Source: Christensenella sp. UBA7703 (lineage in GTDB: Bacteria; Bacillota; Clostridia; Christensenellales; CAG-138). From it: a stretch of DNA of 64,000 nt. The position numbers and the translations under genes are program-made. Location: the NCBI GenBank assembly GCA_002482505.1, contig DLGD01000007.1, forward strand, positions 67,258 to 131,257. Reading direction: 5' to 3'. Positions 37,639 to 45,800 of the stretch are shown here, in pieces (position 1 is the first letter of the stretch; each line of letters starts with the position of its first letter). The notes beneath the pieces were generated by a model. It did no database searches. It was not told the DNA's origin and saw only the letters and a list, made by a program, of their open reading frames with translations.

Positions 37639-38944
37639 GAGAAATACTCCTTTTTCTAGATCTGGTTTTATCCCCAGCTGACTTTTTCATTTCATCCGTC
37701 CAGCTTTCCACCCGGGATCGGTCTTCCCATATATACTCGCAGGTATGACCGTCACGAAAAACGAATGCTAAATCGTTAGGGTATCGCGCGACAATATAGT
37801 CAATCTCTTTATCAAAGAGTTCTTTATCAAACTCAGGTATTCCCAGCGCTTTTAATGAAAATTCGACCAGAGTTGTTTCTGGTATCTTTTTGCTCAGACA
37901 AAAGTCCTTCCCTTCCGCTGAATAAGTACTGCAAACGTACCCTGGCGTTCCGTTTGTGTTCTTACGAATGAAGTGCCTGCCGCATTGTGAGCAAACGATT
38001 TTTCGCCGGAACAGCTGATTATCCATCTTCGGTTCAGGGCGTTTGGCTGTCTTTTGATTGCTCTCCATGCGCTTCATCGCGTGCTGATATGTATCAGCAT
38101 CAATAATCGCGGGATGCGCGTTTTCGACCAGATAGAGCGGCAATTCGCCGTGGTTCTTTTTCGCGCGTTTGGATAGGTGGTCTTTCGTGAACGTCTTCTG
38201 CAAGAGCTGATTGCCGGTGTACTTTTCGTTCCTGAGTATTTCCGAGACCGTAAACTGCTTCCACTGTCCGCCTTGTTCGCAGGGAATACCTTCAAGACGG
38301 AGCCGTTTCGCGATCACGGTAGCGCTGTCGCCGGCAAGGTATTCTTCGAAAATTCTGCGTACGATCGCCGCTTTGTAATCGTCGACCGTGACCTTGCCGC
38401 GCCGTATCGTATACCCGTACAATTGACACCATCCCGAGATTTCGCCCTGTTCAAACTTCTTTCGAATCCGCCATTTTATATTTTCAGAAGCGGAGCGGCT
38501 TTCTTCCTGTGCATATGAAGAGAGGATGGTGAGCATCAGCTCGCCATCCCCTGAATTGCTGTGGATATTCTCCCGTTCAAAGAACACATCCACGCCTCTT
38601 TGTTTCAGTTCACGTAGGATATTCAGCGTATCCAATGTGTTTCGCGAAAATCGGCTTAGCGATTTCGTGATCACCATGTCGATCTTTCCTGCATAGCAAT
38701 CCGAAATCAACCGCTGAAATTCCGGACGATTGTCTTTCGTGCCTGATAGGCCCTCGTCCGCATATACCCCGATGTAAATCCATTGCGGGTTTCTCTGTAT
38801 GTGCGCGCTGTAGTAGCTGACTTGAGCCGCCAGGGATTCAACCATAGCCATTTTATCATTGGAAACGCGAGCATAGGCGGCCACCCGCAACCGTTGCGGG
38901 ATTGCCGGAATCGTTGGCTGTACTTTGTGTATCACTCGATTCAT
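37607..38944 (-). CDS. large serine recombinase (second, overlapping copy)
   Basis: AAYARVSNDK catalytic region, recombinase domain and Zn-ribbon (CSQCGRHF...YVCS). Start set at M18 after aggag. The 3' end overlaps the downstream recombinase start by 32 nt. Confidence 0.9.
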   Translation of the reverse strand: MNRVIHKVQPTIPAIPQRLRVAAYARVSNDKMAMVESLAAQVSYYSAHIQRNPQWIYIGVYADEGLSGTKDNRPEFQRLISDCYAGKIDMVITKSLSRFSRNTLDTLNILRELKQRGVDVFFERENIHSNSGDGELMLTILSSYAQEESRSASENIKWRIRKKFEQGEISGWCQLYGYTIRRGKVTVDDYKAAIVRRIFEEYLAGDSATVIAKRLRLEGIPCEQGGQWKQFTVSEILRNEKYTGNQLLQKTFTKDHLSKRAKKNHGELPLYLVENAHPAIIDADTYQHAMKRMESNQKTAKRPEPKMDNQLFRRKIVCSQCGRHFIRKNTNGTPGYVCSTYSAEGKDFCLSKKIPETTLVEFSLKALGIPEFDKELFDKEIDYIVARYPNDLAFVFRDGHTCEYIWEDRSRVESWTDEMKKSAGDKTRSRKRSISHGSHQESHED

Positions 38945-38969
38945 ACCTATGCTCCTATCATGTGGCATA

Positions 38970-39164
38970 TTAGCTCTTATCTGGTGCTTTATCAACAGAT
39001 GTTTTGAGCAAGATATTCCCGATCGGCGGTTGGTGCTTCTCGATCATAAGAGCATCGAAAGTTTCGTGTTCAGCCTGCGAAATCAGCCCTTTCCGCAGCA
39101 TACAATTAGCCAAAGCCATCGAAACGCGATATCGCAACTCCTGTTCAAACTGCTCGTTTGTCAT
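38970..39164 (-). CDS. small helical protein typical of clostridial serine-recombinase modules (SHOCT-like)
   Basis: MTNEQFEQELRYRVSMALANCMLRKGLISQAEHETFDALMIEKHQPPIG. Start set at M25 of the ORF. The family call comes from memory only. Confidence 0.45.
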   Translation of the reverse strand: MTNEQFEQELRYRVSMALANCMLRKGLISQAEHETFDALMIEKHQPPIGNILLKTSVDKAPDKS

Positions 39165-39570
39165 GTGTTTTCTTATCCCCAAAGCGAGCATGAATATAGC
39201 AGGCATGGCAGCAGTACTTTCTGTGATTCTTTTCATAATCCTCGAAAACGCGACCGCAGAGCGTGCACTTTGCTTTGACGGCGGACTTCAAACTCCGATT
39301 GTCTTGATGCTGTGTCCACCATGTTCTCCGGCAAAGATCTGAACAAAACTGTTTTCGTTTGCCAGTTACATTCTGAACAAGGGCTGCTCCACATAATTTG
39401 CAGTGATCCGCATCGTGATTCTCCCCTGTGACCTCAGCTGGCTGGATTCCCATTCTCTGGCATATTGATTTCACTGTATTTCGCGAAATGCGTAGTTTGT
39501 CAGCAATTTGGGTATAACTCATACCTTCGAGCCGTAAATGCAGGATTTCTTCTCGTTCCTTTAGTGTCAT
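39145..39570 (-). CDS. sigma-70 region-4-like HTH protein with C-terminal Cys-rich zinc-ribbon region
   Basis: LEGMSYTQIADKLRISRNTVKSICQR HTH, then CKLCG...CSDLC...CTLCG...CCHAC. RBS ggaggag lies upstream. Confidence 0.7.
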   Translation of the reverse strand: MTLKEREEILHLRLEGMSYTQIADKLRISRNTVKSICQRMGIQPAEVTGENHDADHCKLCGAALVQNVTGKRKQFCSDLCRRTWWTQHQDNRSLKSAVKAKCTLCGRVFEDYEKNHRKYCCHACYIHARFGDKKTHDKRAV

Positions 39571-39583
39571 ATCTCCTCCAATG

Positions 39584-39611
39584 AAAAAAGGAGCGCCTCG
39601 AAAGACGCTCC
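39584..39611 (-). terminator. rho-independent terminator ending the phage lysis cassette
   Basis: On the minus strand: ggagcg-tctttcgagg-cgctcc followed by TTTTTT. Confidence 0.7.
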
Positions 39612-39635
39612 CGTTTCCCCGAATACAGTTGTTGT

Positions 39636-40115
39636 TTACTTCATTCCCGCAATCAGATGCTCCGCCGTACCGGTGATCAGAGCGGATATATCCACCTGCG
39701 CGGCGGTCAGCACATCCATCGCGGATGCGGAGAGTTTCGCCGTGGTCTTTTCGTAGAGCAGTTGACCGAGCTGCGCAATTTCTTCTTTGGTCAGTTTGCC
39801 ATCCTTATGCGCGGCCTTCATGCCGTCCACAACCGTTTGTTTCAGCTCGCCGACCGTGATCTGCGCGAGCTTAATCAGTTCCTGTTGCGCGTGGTTCACG
39901 GTATCGAGCTGGGTTGCTTTGCCGAGTTTCGCCGTCAACCATGCGCCGAACACGCCGATCAGCGCAATAAAAAATGCCGCGGCAATGTTCACGGCATTCT
40001 CGATCAGAATATCGGCGACGGTAGCGTCTGCGGTTCCACCGAAGTCCGCCAGCGCGACGGCTGGCAGTGCAAGCATCAGGAGCGCGATTAGGACCAGAAT
40101 CAGTTTCTTTTTCAT
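39636..40115 (-). CDS. putative holin / membrane protein of lysis cassette (LL-H-like)
   Basis: 159 aa. N-terminal signal/TM, a second TM (AAAFFIALIGVFGAWLTAKL), then a helical tail. It lies next to the endolysin. Confidence 0.5.
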   Translation of the reverse strand: MKKKLILVLIALLMLALPAVALADFGGTADATVADILIENAVNIAAAFFIALIGVFGAWLTAKLGKATQLDTVNHAQQELIKLAQITVGELKQTVVDGMKAAHKDGKLTKEEIAQLGQLLYEKTTAKLSASAMDVLTAAQVDISALITGTAEHLIAGMK

Positions 40116-40126
40116 GTTTGTTCCTC

Positions 40127-40429
40127 CTAGATTGATGTAGCCTGCTCCGAAGCAAGCTCATGGACAAAATCTTCGTATTCTTCTTGCGCGGTCTTTGCTT
40201 TGTCCCGCGCAGTCTTCATCTCGCCGTTTGTTTCGCCGCGCTCTACGGCGATACAGGTCGCCAATGAAAGCGATAGGCTCGCATCCTGCATCTTCATGGC
40301 GAGTTTTGACTCCTTTGCACGAATAGCAGCGCGTTTTTCTGTTTGTTTTCGGTCGCGCGTCATACGCACTTGTAGCCAAACGACTAGCAGCGCGAACACG
40401 CCCGAAATGATCTCCCCGATGTAATCCAA
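40127..40429 (-). CDS. small membrane protein of lysis cassette
   Basis: 100 aa with one N-terminal TM (IISGVFALLVVWLQV) and a charged helical tail. Confidence 0.5.
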   Translation of the reverse strand: MDYIGEIISGVFALLVVWLQVRMTRDRKQTEKRAAIRAKESKLAMKMQDASLSLSLATCIAVERGETNGEMKTARDKAKTAQEEYEDFVHELASEQATSI

Positions 40430-40445
40430 CTTCGTTCCCCCACTT

Positions 40446-41198
40446 CTATTGATTCAAGAGCTTGCAGCGACCGCATTTATGCCAGTACCCGCTACCGCCC
40501 TGATTGATTCCCTCCACAACGACGCCGACATCGCGGCCTTTTGCATGGATAACCATGCCTCGTCCCAGATAAAGCCCCACGTGCGTTTCATCTTCGGCAT
40601 TCGTGGTACTGTTGCGGAACAGGAAATCGCCCGCAATCAGCTCGTTTCGCGCTACCACGTCGCACAGCGTCCAAAGTCCATCGCAGTTCTTTCGATCGTC
40701 CCAAATGCCAGTCTCACGCATGAGCCATGAAAGAAAGCCGGAGCAGTCATGTGCCATAAGGTCGGCAAAGCCTGCCTTATACTGGCTATCGCGAAACGTG
40801 ATCGCGCGAGCGTACTCCTCGTCCATCGCTTGAATTTTTGAATTTGACAGGTCGGTCATTCCAGATGCGCCCCAAACATACAGATCACCAATACGCGTCA
40901 GAGCCAGCGAGCAGACCGCAGCTGCTTTGTCCGAAACCGTATCATTTGTGACCGGTTCCGTCTCCGTAATCGTGCCGTCAATCAGCGCCGCCCACGTTTC
41001 TTTCCCGATCACTCCATCGACGGTTAGCCCGGCCTGCGCCTGAAACCGCTTCACGGCCTCCAACGTGTCCGCACCAAATGTCTTCTTGCTGACCGTTGTA
41101 ATGTGGTCGCCATAGAACCCAAGCTCCAAGAGCTTTTGCTTGCAAAAAAGCACGTCCTCTCCGGACGTGCCTTTCTTCAAAACGCGCGTGAATTCCAC
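40446..41198 (-). CDS. endolysin: PG_binding_1 domain + NlpC/P60 peptidase
   Basis: GEDVLFCKQKLLELGFY...VKRFQAQAGLTVDGVIGKETWAAL forms the PG-binding domain. Catalytic Cys is in HDCSGFLSW and catalytic His in THVGLYLG..VIHA. Confidence 0.85.
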   Translation of the reverse strand: MEFTRVLKKGTSGEDVLFCKQKLLELGFYGDHITTVSKKTFGADTLEAVKRFQAQAGLTVDGVIGKETWAALIDGTITETEPVTNDTVSDKAAAVCSLALTRIGDLYVWGASGMTDLSNSKIQAMDEEYARAITFRDSQYKAGFADLMAHDCSGFLSWLMRETGIWDDRKNCDGLWTLCDVVARNELIAGDFLFRNSTTNAEDETHVGLYLGRGMVIHAKGRDVGVVVEGINQGGSGYWHKCGRCKLLNQ

Positions 41199-41354
41199 TC
41201 ATTTCCTCCATTCCGAACCTAACAAATTTCATGATTTCTTCATGGTATTTCCTTGAAAAATCTGCTATGATGCAGGTACATCAAAGCTTGCATGGTATAC
41301 AACCTACCTACCCGGTATGTCCCAATCCCTAATAAGATTTACCATGCAAATTAG

Positions 41355-41386
41355 AAAGGCACTCTTCCCCCCGGCTGAGTGCCTTT
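41355..41386 (-). terminator. hairpin terminator downstream of the tail fibre gene
   Basis: aaaggcactc-N12-gagtgccttt stem. Confidence 0.45.
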
Positions 41387-41432
41387 CGCTATTTTGGGGC
41401 GCTCCGTAAGGAGTGCTTTTTTCTTACATGCC

Positions 41433-43511
41433 CTATGCCGTTCTTTTCCAGAAGTAGCATGTGATATAGGGCTGCAGGTTGTTGTGCGCTGCGCCGCTAC
41501 CGTTACTGCCGACTGAGCCGGATACAGACCCTGTGTGGTCATGCGAACCGCCGGATCCCGTTGTCTGTCCGCTAGAGCTTCCTCCATTGGTCATATAGTA
41601 ATAAGTAGAGCCTGAACCACTGCCGACCTTATACGATCCCGAAGATGCTTGGTGCGCATGCGCGCCGTTCGCGTTGACTGTCACCGAACCACTGAACGAG
41701 TGATTGTGCGACGGCATCTCCGCTACGGACAGCGCTTGCGTGCTCGCGCCACCTGTTTTCTCCACCGTGCTGAAGTTCGTGTCGGAGGTGTTCACTCCAA
41801 CCGGTACCCGCCCTGTACCCCATCTTGTCCACGTTCCACCAAGGAACGTGCTCTCATCCGCGGCGGATACCGTCATCCGGATACTCCCAACCGGGAAGAT
41901 GAGGTTTGCCAACCAGAGAACACTTGTAAAGGCAACGCTATCGTCAAACTGCACGTTTTCTCGAAACCGCGCCGGCCAGCCAACATCGAATTTGTCCTCT
42001 TCGGCAACCTTACCAACCGCAAGTCCCATACCGGTGCTGCGCACGGAAAGGATCACTTCCGCTGTGCTCAGATCGATATACCCGTACGCTTCACCGAAAT
42101 AGTCGCCAAGTGTAACACGGATGTCGTAAGTGTACTGATTTGAGAGGCTACCGCCGATTCGGTATAGACCGTTAACGGTATAAGCAGAAAGAGCGATCGT
42201 CGTATCTGTATAGTACGTTTCGCTCTTGCGCTTATAGCCAATTTTGAGTACGCGGGTGTTCTTGTTATTTACAGAGGAGATCACACCATTTACCGCCACC
42301 ATGGCATATGTTCCTGTGTTACTCGCATTCCCTGCAGCGTCGCACCGAAAGACCGAAACTGACGGGATGGATGGTGAATTATACGCCACTACTTCGAACG
42401 TTCCTGTCAGAACAGTAGTTCGTCCCCGGCTGTCCGTAACCGTCGCGCGGATCGTATTCGTTCCAGCGGTGGTCAGTTCATTCGTCGAGAAGGAGTTGCC
42501 CGAATACGTCGCCCCGTTAACCGTGGTCGAGATCGATGAAATCGACGAACTGTAGACACCGGAAACAGAAATACTGACGCTTAACTTGCTATTTCGCTGA
42601 ACAAAACACCCGAATTGCGTCGCCAGATCTTCCTCCGCTTCAGAAAACCAGATCGATCCTGTTGGCACAACAGAAGCTGGGATCGCGGCATTAATGCTTA
42701 CCTGCGTAGTGCCAAGAAGAACTCCGTTTGAATAGGTATCGCAATACAGCGTTCCTCCGACGCTCGTCGCGTTTGGCGCGACGTTGGCTTCGTCCAGCAA
42801 CGGTGTCCATGAAATGCTAGTTGCTGAGGTTTGGGCCGCGATCGTCGTCTCCACGCGCGAACCAAACTTCGCTCGCAAGGTATGTAGAAACGCGCTCGAC
42901 GCCGGCGTAAGCGTGATCGTTGCCGCGCTGCCGAGTGCGACGGCGGAGACGGTGGGCGTGGTAATGCGAGGAATCGCAGGCAGTGAAATGACTACGCTGC
43001 CGTTCGCCGTTCCAATGGATGCGGAATAGGTGCAGTTCGCTGTAAACGCCAATGTGATCTGCCTTGTCCCATCCGAGTTGTGGGTTACCGTACATTCGCC
43101 ATATGCTTCGTTCTCTATGCTCGCATTGTCGGTCAGGATCATCAGATATTGGTAGCCCAGCGCCGTACCGTAGGGTTCCTGATACTGCGTGATGTATTCG
43201 TCCCGGTAAGGAATGCGTGAGATCGCGAAGCCTCTGCCTATGCGGTTGTAGACAACGCTTCCGTCGACCGTTACGCTCATCGCGCCCCGCGAATTCGAAT
43301 CGATGTTATTGCAATAGACGTCAAACTGCTCGGTGTTTCCCGAGGTCGCCAGAAACACATAGAACCGGATGGTTGAGGCGTTGCTGGTGGCTGATTGCGA
43401 AACGATCTTGTACTCCAACCAACAGGAAATCTTGCTTGCCGCAGTTCCAGAAAGAGAACCGTTGACGATCGTGTATCCGTCGTGAATCGACTCATACGGC
43501 CAATTTGCCAT
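41433..43511 (-). CDS. tail fibre / receptor-binding protein with C-terminal tail-collar (MdpB-like) domain
   Basis: 692 aa. The C-terminus carries PSHNHSFSG, GAHAH, GSHDH and AAHNNLQPY motifs with Gly/Ser-rich repeats, typical of the phage tail collar domain. Confidence 0.75.
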   Translation of the reverse strand: MANWPYESIHDGYTIVNGSLSGTAASKISCWLEYKIVSQSATSNASTIRFYVFLATSGNTEQFDVYCNNIDSNSRGAMSVTVDGSVVYNRIGRGFAISRIPYRDEYITQYQEPYGTALGYQYLMILTDNASIENEAYGECTVTHNSDGTRQITLAFTANCTYSASIGTANGSVVISLPAIPRITTPTVSAVALGSAATITLTPASSAFLHTLRAKFGSRVETTIAAQTSATSISWTPLLDEANVAPNATSVGGTLYCDTYSNGVLLGTTQVSINAAIPASVVPTGSIWFSEAEEDLATQFGCFVQRNSKLSVSISVSGVYSSSISSISTTVNGATYSGNSFSTNELTTAGTNTIRATVTDSRGRTTVLTGTFEVVAYNSPSIPSVSVFRCDAAGNASNTGTYAMVAVNGVISSVNNKNTRVLKIGYKRKSETYYTDTTIALSAYTVNGLYRIGGSLSNQYTYDIRVTLGDYFGEAYGYIDLSTAEVILSVRSTGMGLAVGKVAEEDKFDVGWPARFRENVQFDDSVAFTSVLWLANLIFPVGSIRMTVSAADESTFLGGTWTRWGTGRVPVGVNTSDTNFSTVEKTGGASTQALSVAEMPSHNHSFSGSVTVNANGAHAHQASSGSYKVGSGSGSTYYYMTNGGSSSGQTTGSGGSHDHTGSVSGSVGSNGSGAAHNNLQPYITCYFWKRTA

Positions 43512-43515
43512 ATCC

Positions 43516-45159
43516 TTACCCCGCGATCTTTTTGAAATTCAAATTGCCGCTCTCAGGCACCCAAGCGAAACTCCCTATCCGCAGCGACGATAGTACCTGT
43601 ACATCGTTGACGTACAACTTGCCGGACGAAAAGTAGGCGATTGCGCTGTCGGTTGTCACGCTGTCCTCACTGCCGGAAAAGAAATACAGGATGTCGTTCT
43701 CCAGCTTGAGCTTGATCGCGGACGTGCTCTTTCCAATCACAATGCCGGATGAGATCAGGCGGATGAAGCTTCTCACCGACTCAAATTGCTGTGACGTCTC
43801 ACCATTCAGCGTTGAAATGCGGCTAGCGGTCTCTGTGAAGTTCGCCTCAATCGTCCCCGCCATGATGGAAAACGACGTCTGTATCGTATTCTGTAGCGCG
43901 ACGAAGTCCTGTGTTCGGACATAGTCCTCCAGCGCGATCATGATAATCTGCTGCGCCGATTGCAGAATCGAGGTGTTCTGGGTGAGCTGCTCCTGCACGA
44001 TTTCTTTGATTTCGCCGTGCGTCGTATAGTCCGACTCGATCGTCTCGATACGGTTCTTGACAGATGTGTTTTGCCTTATCTCCTCACCGATCAGCGATGG
44101 ACGCGAATCCCCTAGCACGATTCCAGTGCTCGCCGGGTTATTCAGTGGAACCGTCAACTCGGACAGCACATACGTCTCTTCCGGGCAGAGTGTGCTGCAG
44201 GAGACGATCACCTTATCCAAGAAGTGAAACGACTCGACGTTCGCGTCGGCGTTGTGCAAGTCGACCGCTGAGAGTTTGATCGTCTGCTTGAATCGCGCGC
44301 CGGTCCCGTGCAACCAATCGCGACCCTTGTTCATGAGGATCGTCGGATCCGTGATTCCATCCCATGTGGTCAAACCAGACGGCGCGAAAATCATCCCATA
44401 TTCGGCAACAAGTGCCGAATCTTTTACAAAATCCTGTCCCTCATTCACGCTCGCGATCGTGAGTCGTGCGTCGCTTTCCGATTCCGGGTCGATGTCACGA
44501 AGAGCCGCACCAAGCGGGACGCAGGCGGTAAAGGTCTCAGATGCGTTCTTACTCATTACGAGGTCGATCAGGTTTTCACCGAATTCGATCTTTTGTGTTG
44601 ATGTGTCCTGCACGTCGGCAAGATAGTCCAGAACCGGATTCTCGTTTTCGTCGAATCGCACGATCAGGTAGCCACCGAGCGAGTCTATTAGACAGGTCTT
44701 CATTATCTGCCAAGCTGAAAGGTAGTCCTTTGTCGCGATGCTGATTGAGCCAGTAAGATCGCAATTCCCAATGCCGAGACGCTGGTTCGAGTTTACCTGG
44801 ACGTTATGTTGGGTCAGGATGTATTGCCAGACATCAGCCGCTGTACTATCCATAGCAAATGGGCGGAGGATGCTGTCCAGCAGAAAAGCCAGCGTCCCTT
44901 CTACCACCACCTTGCGGTTTTCGTACAGATCGCGCTCGTCCTCGATCGCACGCCCAACCCAGATCAAGGTATCGTCTCGATAGACCTTGATGCGGCTCTT
45001 TAGCTTTTCCAGCACTCCATAATGCGGATGCTCCTTCGGAATCGTGAACGTCAGCTCACCCGGCTCGTTCTTCTTCTGTGTCAGATCTGGTTCCAGTATG
45101 AACAGGTCTGGCAAGCGCGGATCATATAACACGTAGGAATCACAGAGAATTCGGTACAT
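43516..45159 (-). CDS. tail-associated (Tal / prophage tail endopeptidase-like) baseplate protein
   Basis: 547 aa, immediately after the Dit-like gene. The N-terminus (MYRILCDSYVLYDPR...) is typical of Siphoviridae Tal proteins. Confidence 0.65.
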   Translation of the reverse strand: MYRILCDSYVLYDPRLPDLFILEPDLTQKKNEPGELTFTIPKEHPHYGVLEKLKSRIKVYRDDTLIWVGRAIEDERDLYENRKVVVEGTLAFLLDSILRPFAMDSTAADVWQYILTQHNVQVNSNQRLGIGNCDLTGSISIATKDYLSAWQIMKTCLIDSLGGYLIVRFDENENPVLDYLADVQDTSTQKIEFGENLIDLVMSKNASETFTACVPLGAALRDIDPESESDARLTIASVNEGQDFVKDSALVAEYGMIFAPSGLTTWDGITDPTILMNKGRDWLHGTGARFKQTIKLSAVDLHNADANVESFHFLDKVIVSCSTLCPEETYVLSELTVPLNNPASTGIVLGDSRPSLIGEEIRQNTSVKNRIETIESDYTTHGEIKEIVQEQLTQNTSILQSAQQIIMIALEDYVRTQDFVALQNTIQTSFSIMAGTIEANFTETASRISTLNGETSQQFESVRSFIRLISSGIVIGKSTSAIKLKLENDILYFFSGSEDSVTTDSAIAYFSSGKLYVNDVQVLSSLRIGSFAWVPESGNLNFKKIAG

Positions 45160-45800
45160 CAGAGTGTTCCTTTCCGGTAGGTGAACGTAATTCGCCCCGT
45201 CCCAGTGATTTCGATCGCAGTATCGCCCTCCAAGAGTACCAGTGAAGGAATGATGTGCGTTCCCACTGAAAGGTTGACGGTGTAGTCCTTACCTAAGAGC
45301 GTGAACGCGAGCGTCATTTCAGCGGAAACAGTGATCGTCGGCACGGTCGGCATGCGCGTGTTCGTCAGTGTTACTGTAGCGGTACCGTTGGGCAGGATCG
45401 TAACGGTGGTTTCGAAGTGTTCCAGCTTATACGGCTTTGCTCGGCATTCCAGTAACAGCTCGCAGTATCCCGAGTGCCGTTCGACATCATCCACTGTAAC
45501 TCGCGCGTCGTAATAAAAGGTCGGGTCGCGATCGAAGATCACGTTCATGCGCCGTCCGTGTACATCAGCTGCAAAGGCTGACACCGAAGCGTCGAATGGT
45601 GCGCGCGCATACAGTGTCAGCGATATGACCCGATCAGCATATCGCACCGTGCCGAACGCTTCCGATAAATCGAGCGCGCCATCGCGCCCGGGGATCTCCA
45701 CGAAGTTCATCTGCGGTTCCGGCATGGGGATGGCGTAGGGCGCGACAATCAGACCGTAGTCCGCGCGCGCCCACTTCGTTCCGAATCGGATATCGCTCAC
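45159..45800 (-). CDS. distal tail protein (Dit, Sipho_tail family)
   Basis: 213 aa, directly downstream of TMP with overlapping stop/start codons. Confidence 0.65.
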   Translation of the reverse strand: MSDIRFGTKWARADYGLIVAPYAIPMPEPQMNFVEIPGRDGALDLSEAFGTVRYADRVISLTLYARAPFDASVSAFAADVHGRRMNVIFDRDPTFYYDARVTVDDVERHSGYCELLLECRAKPYKLEHFETTVTILPNGTATVTLTNTRMPTVPTITVSAEMTLAFTLLGKDYTVNLSVGTHIIPSLVLLEGDTAIEITGTGRITFTYRKGTL

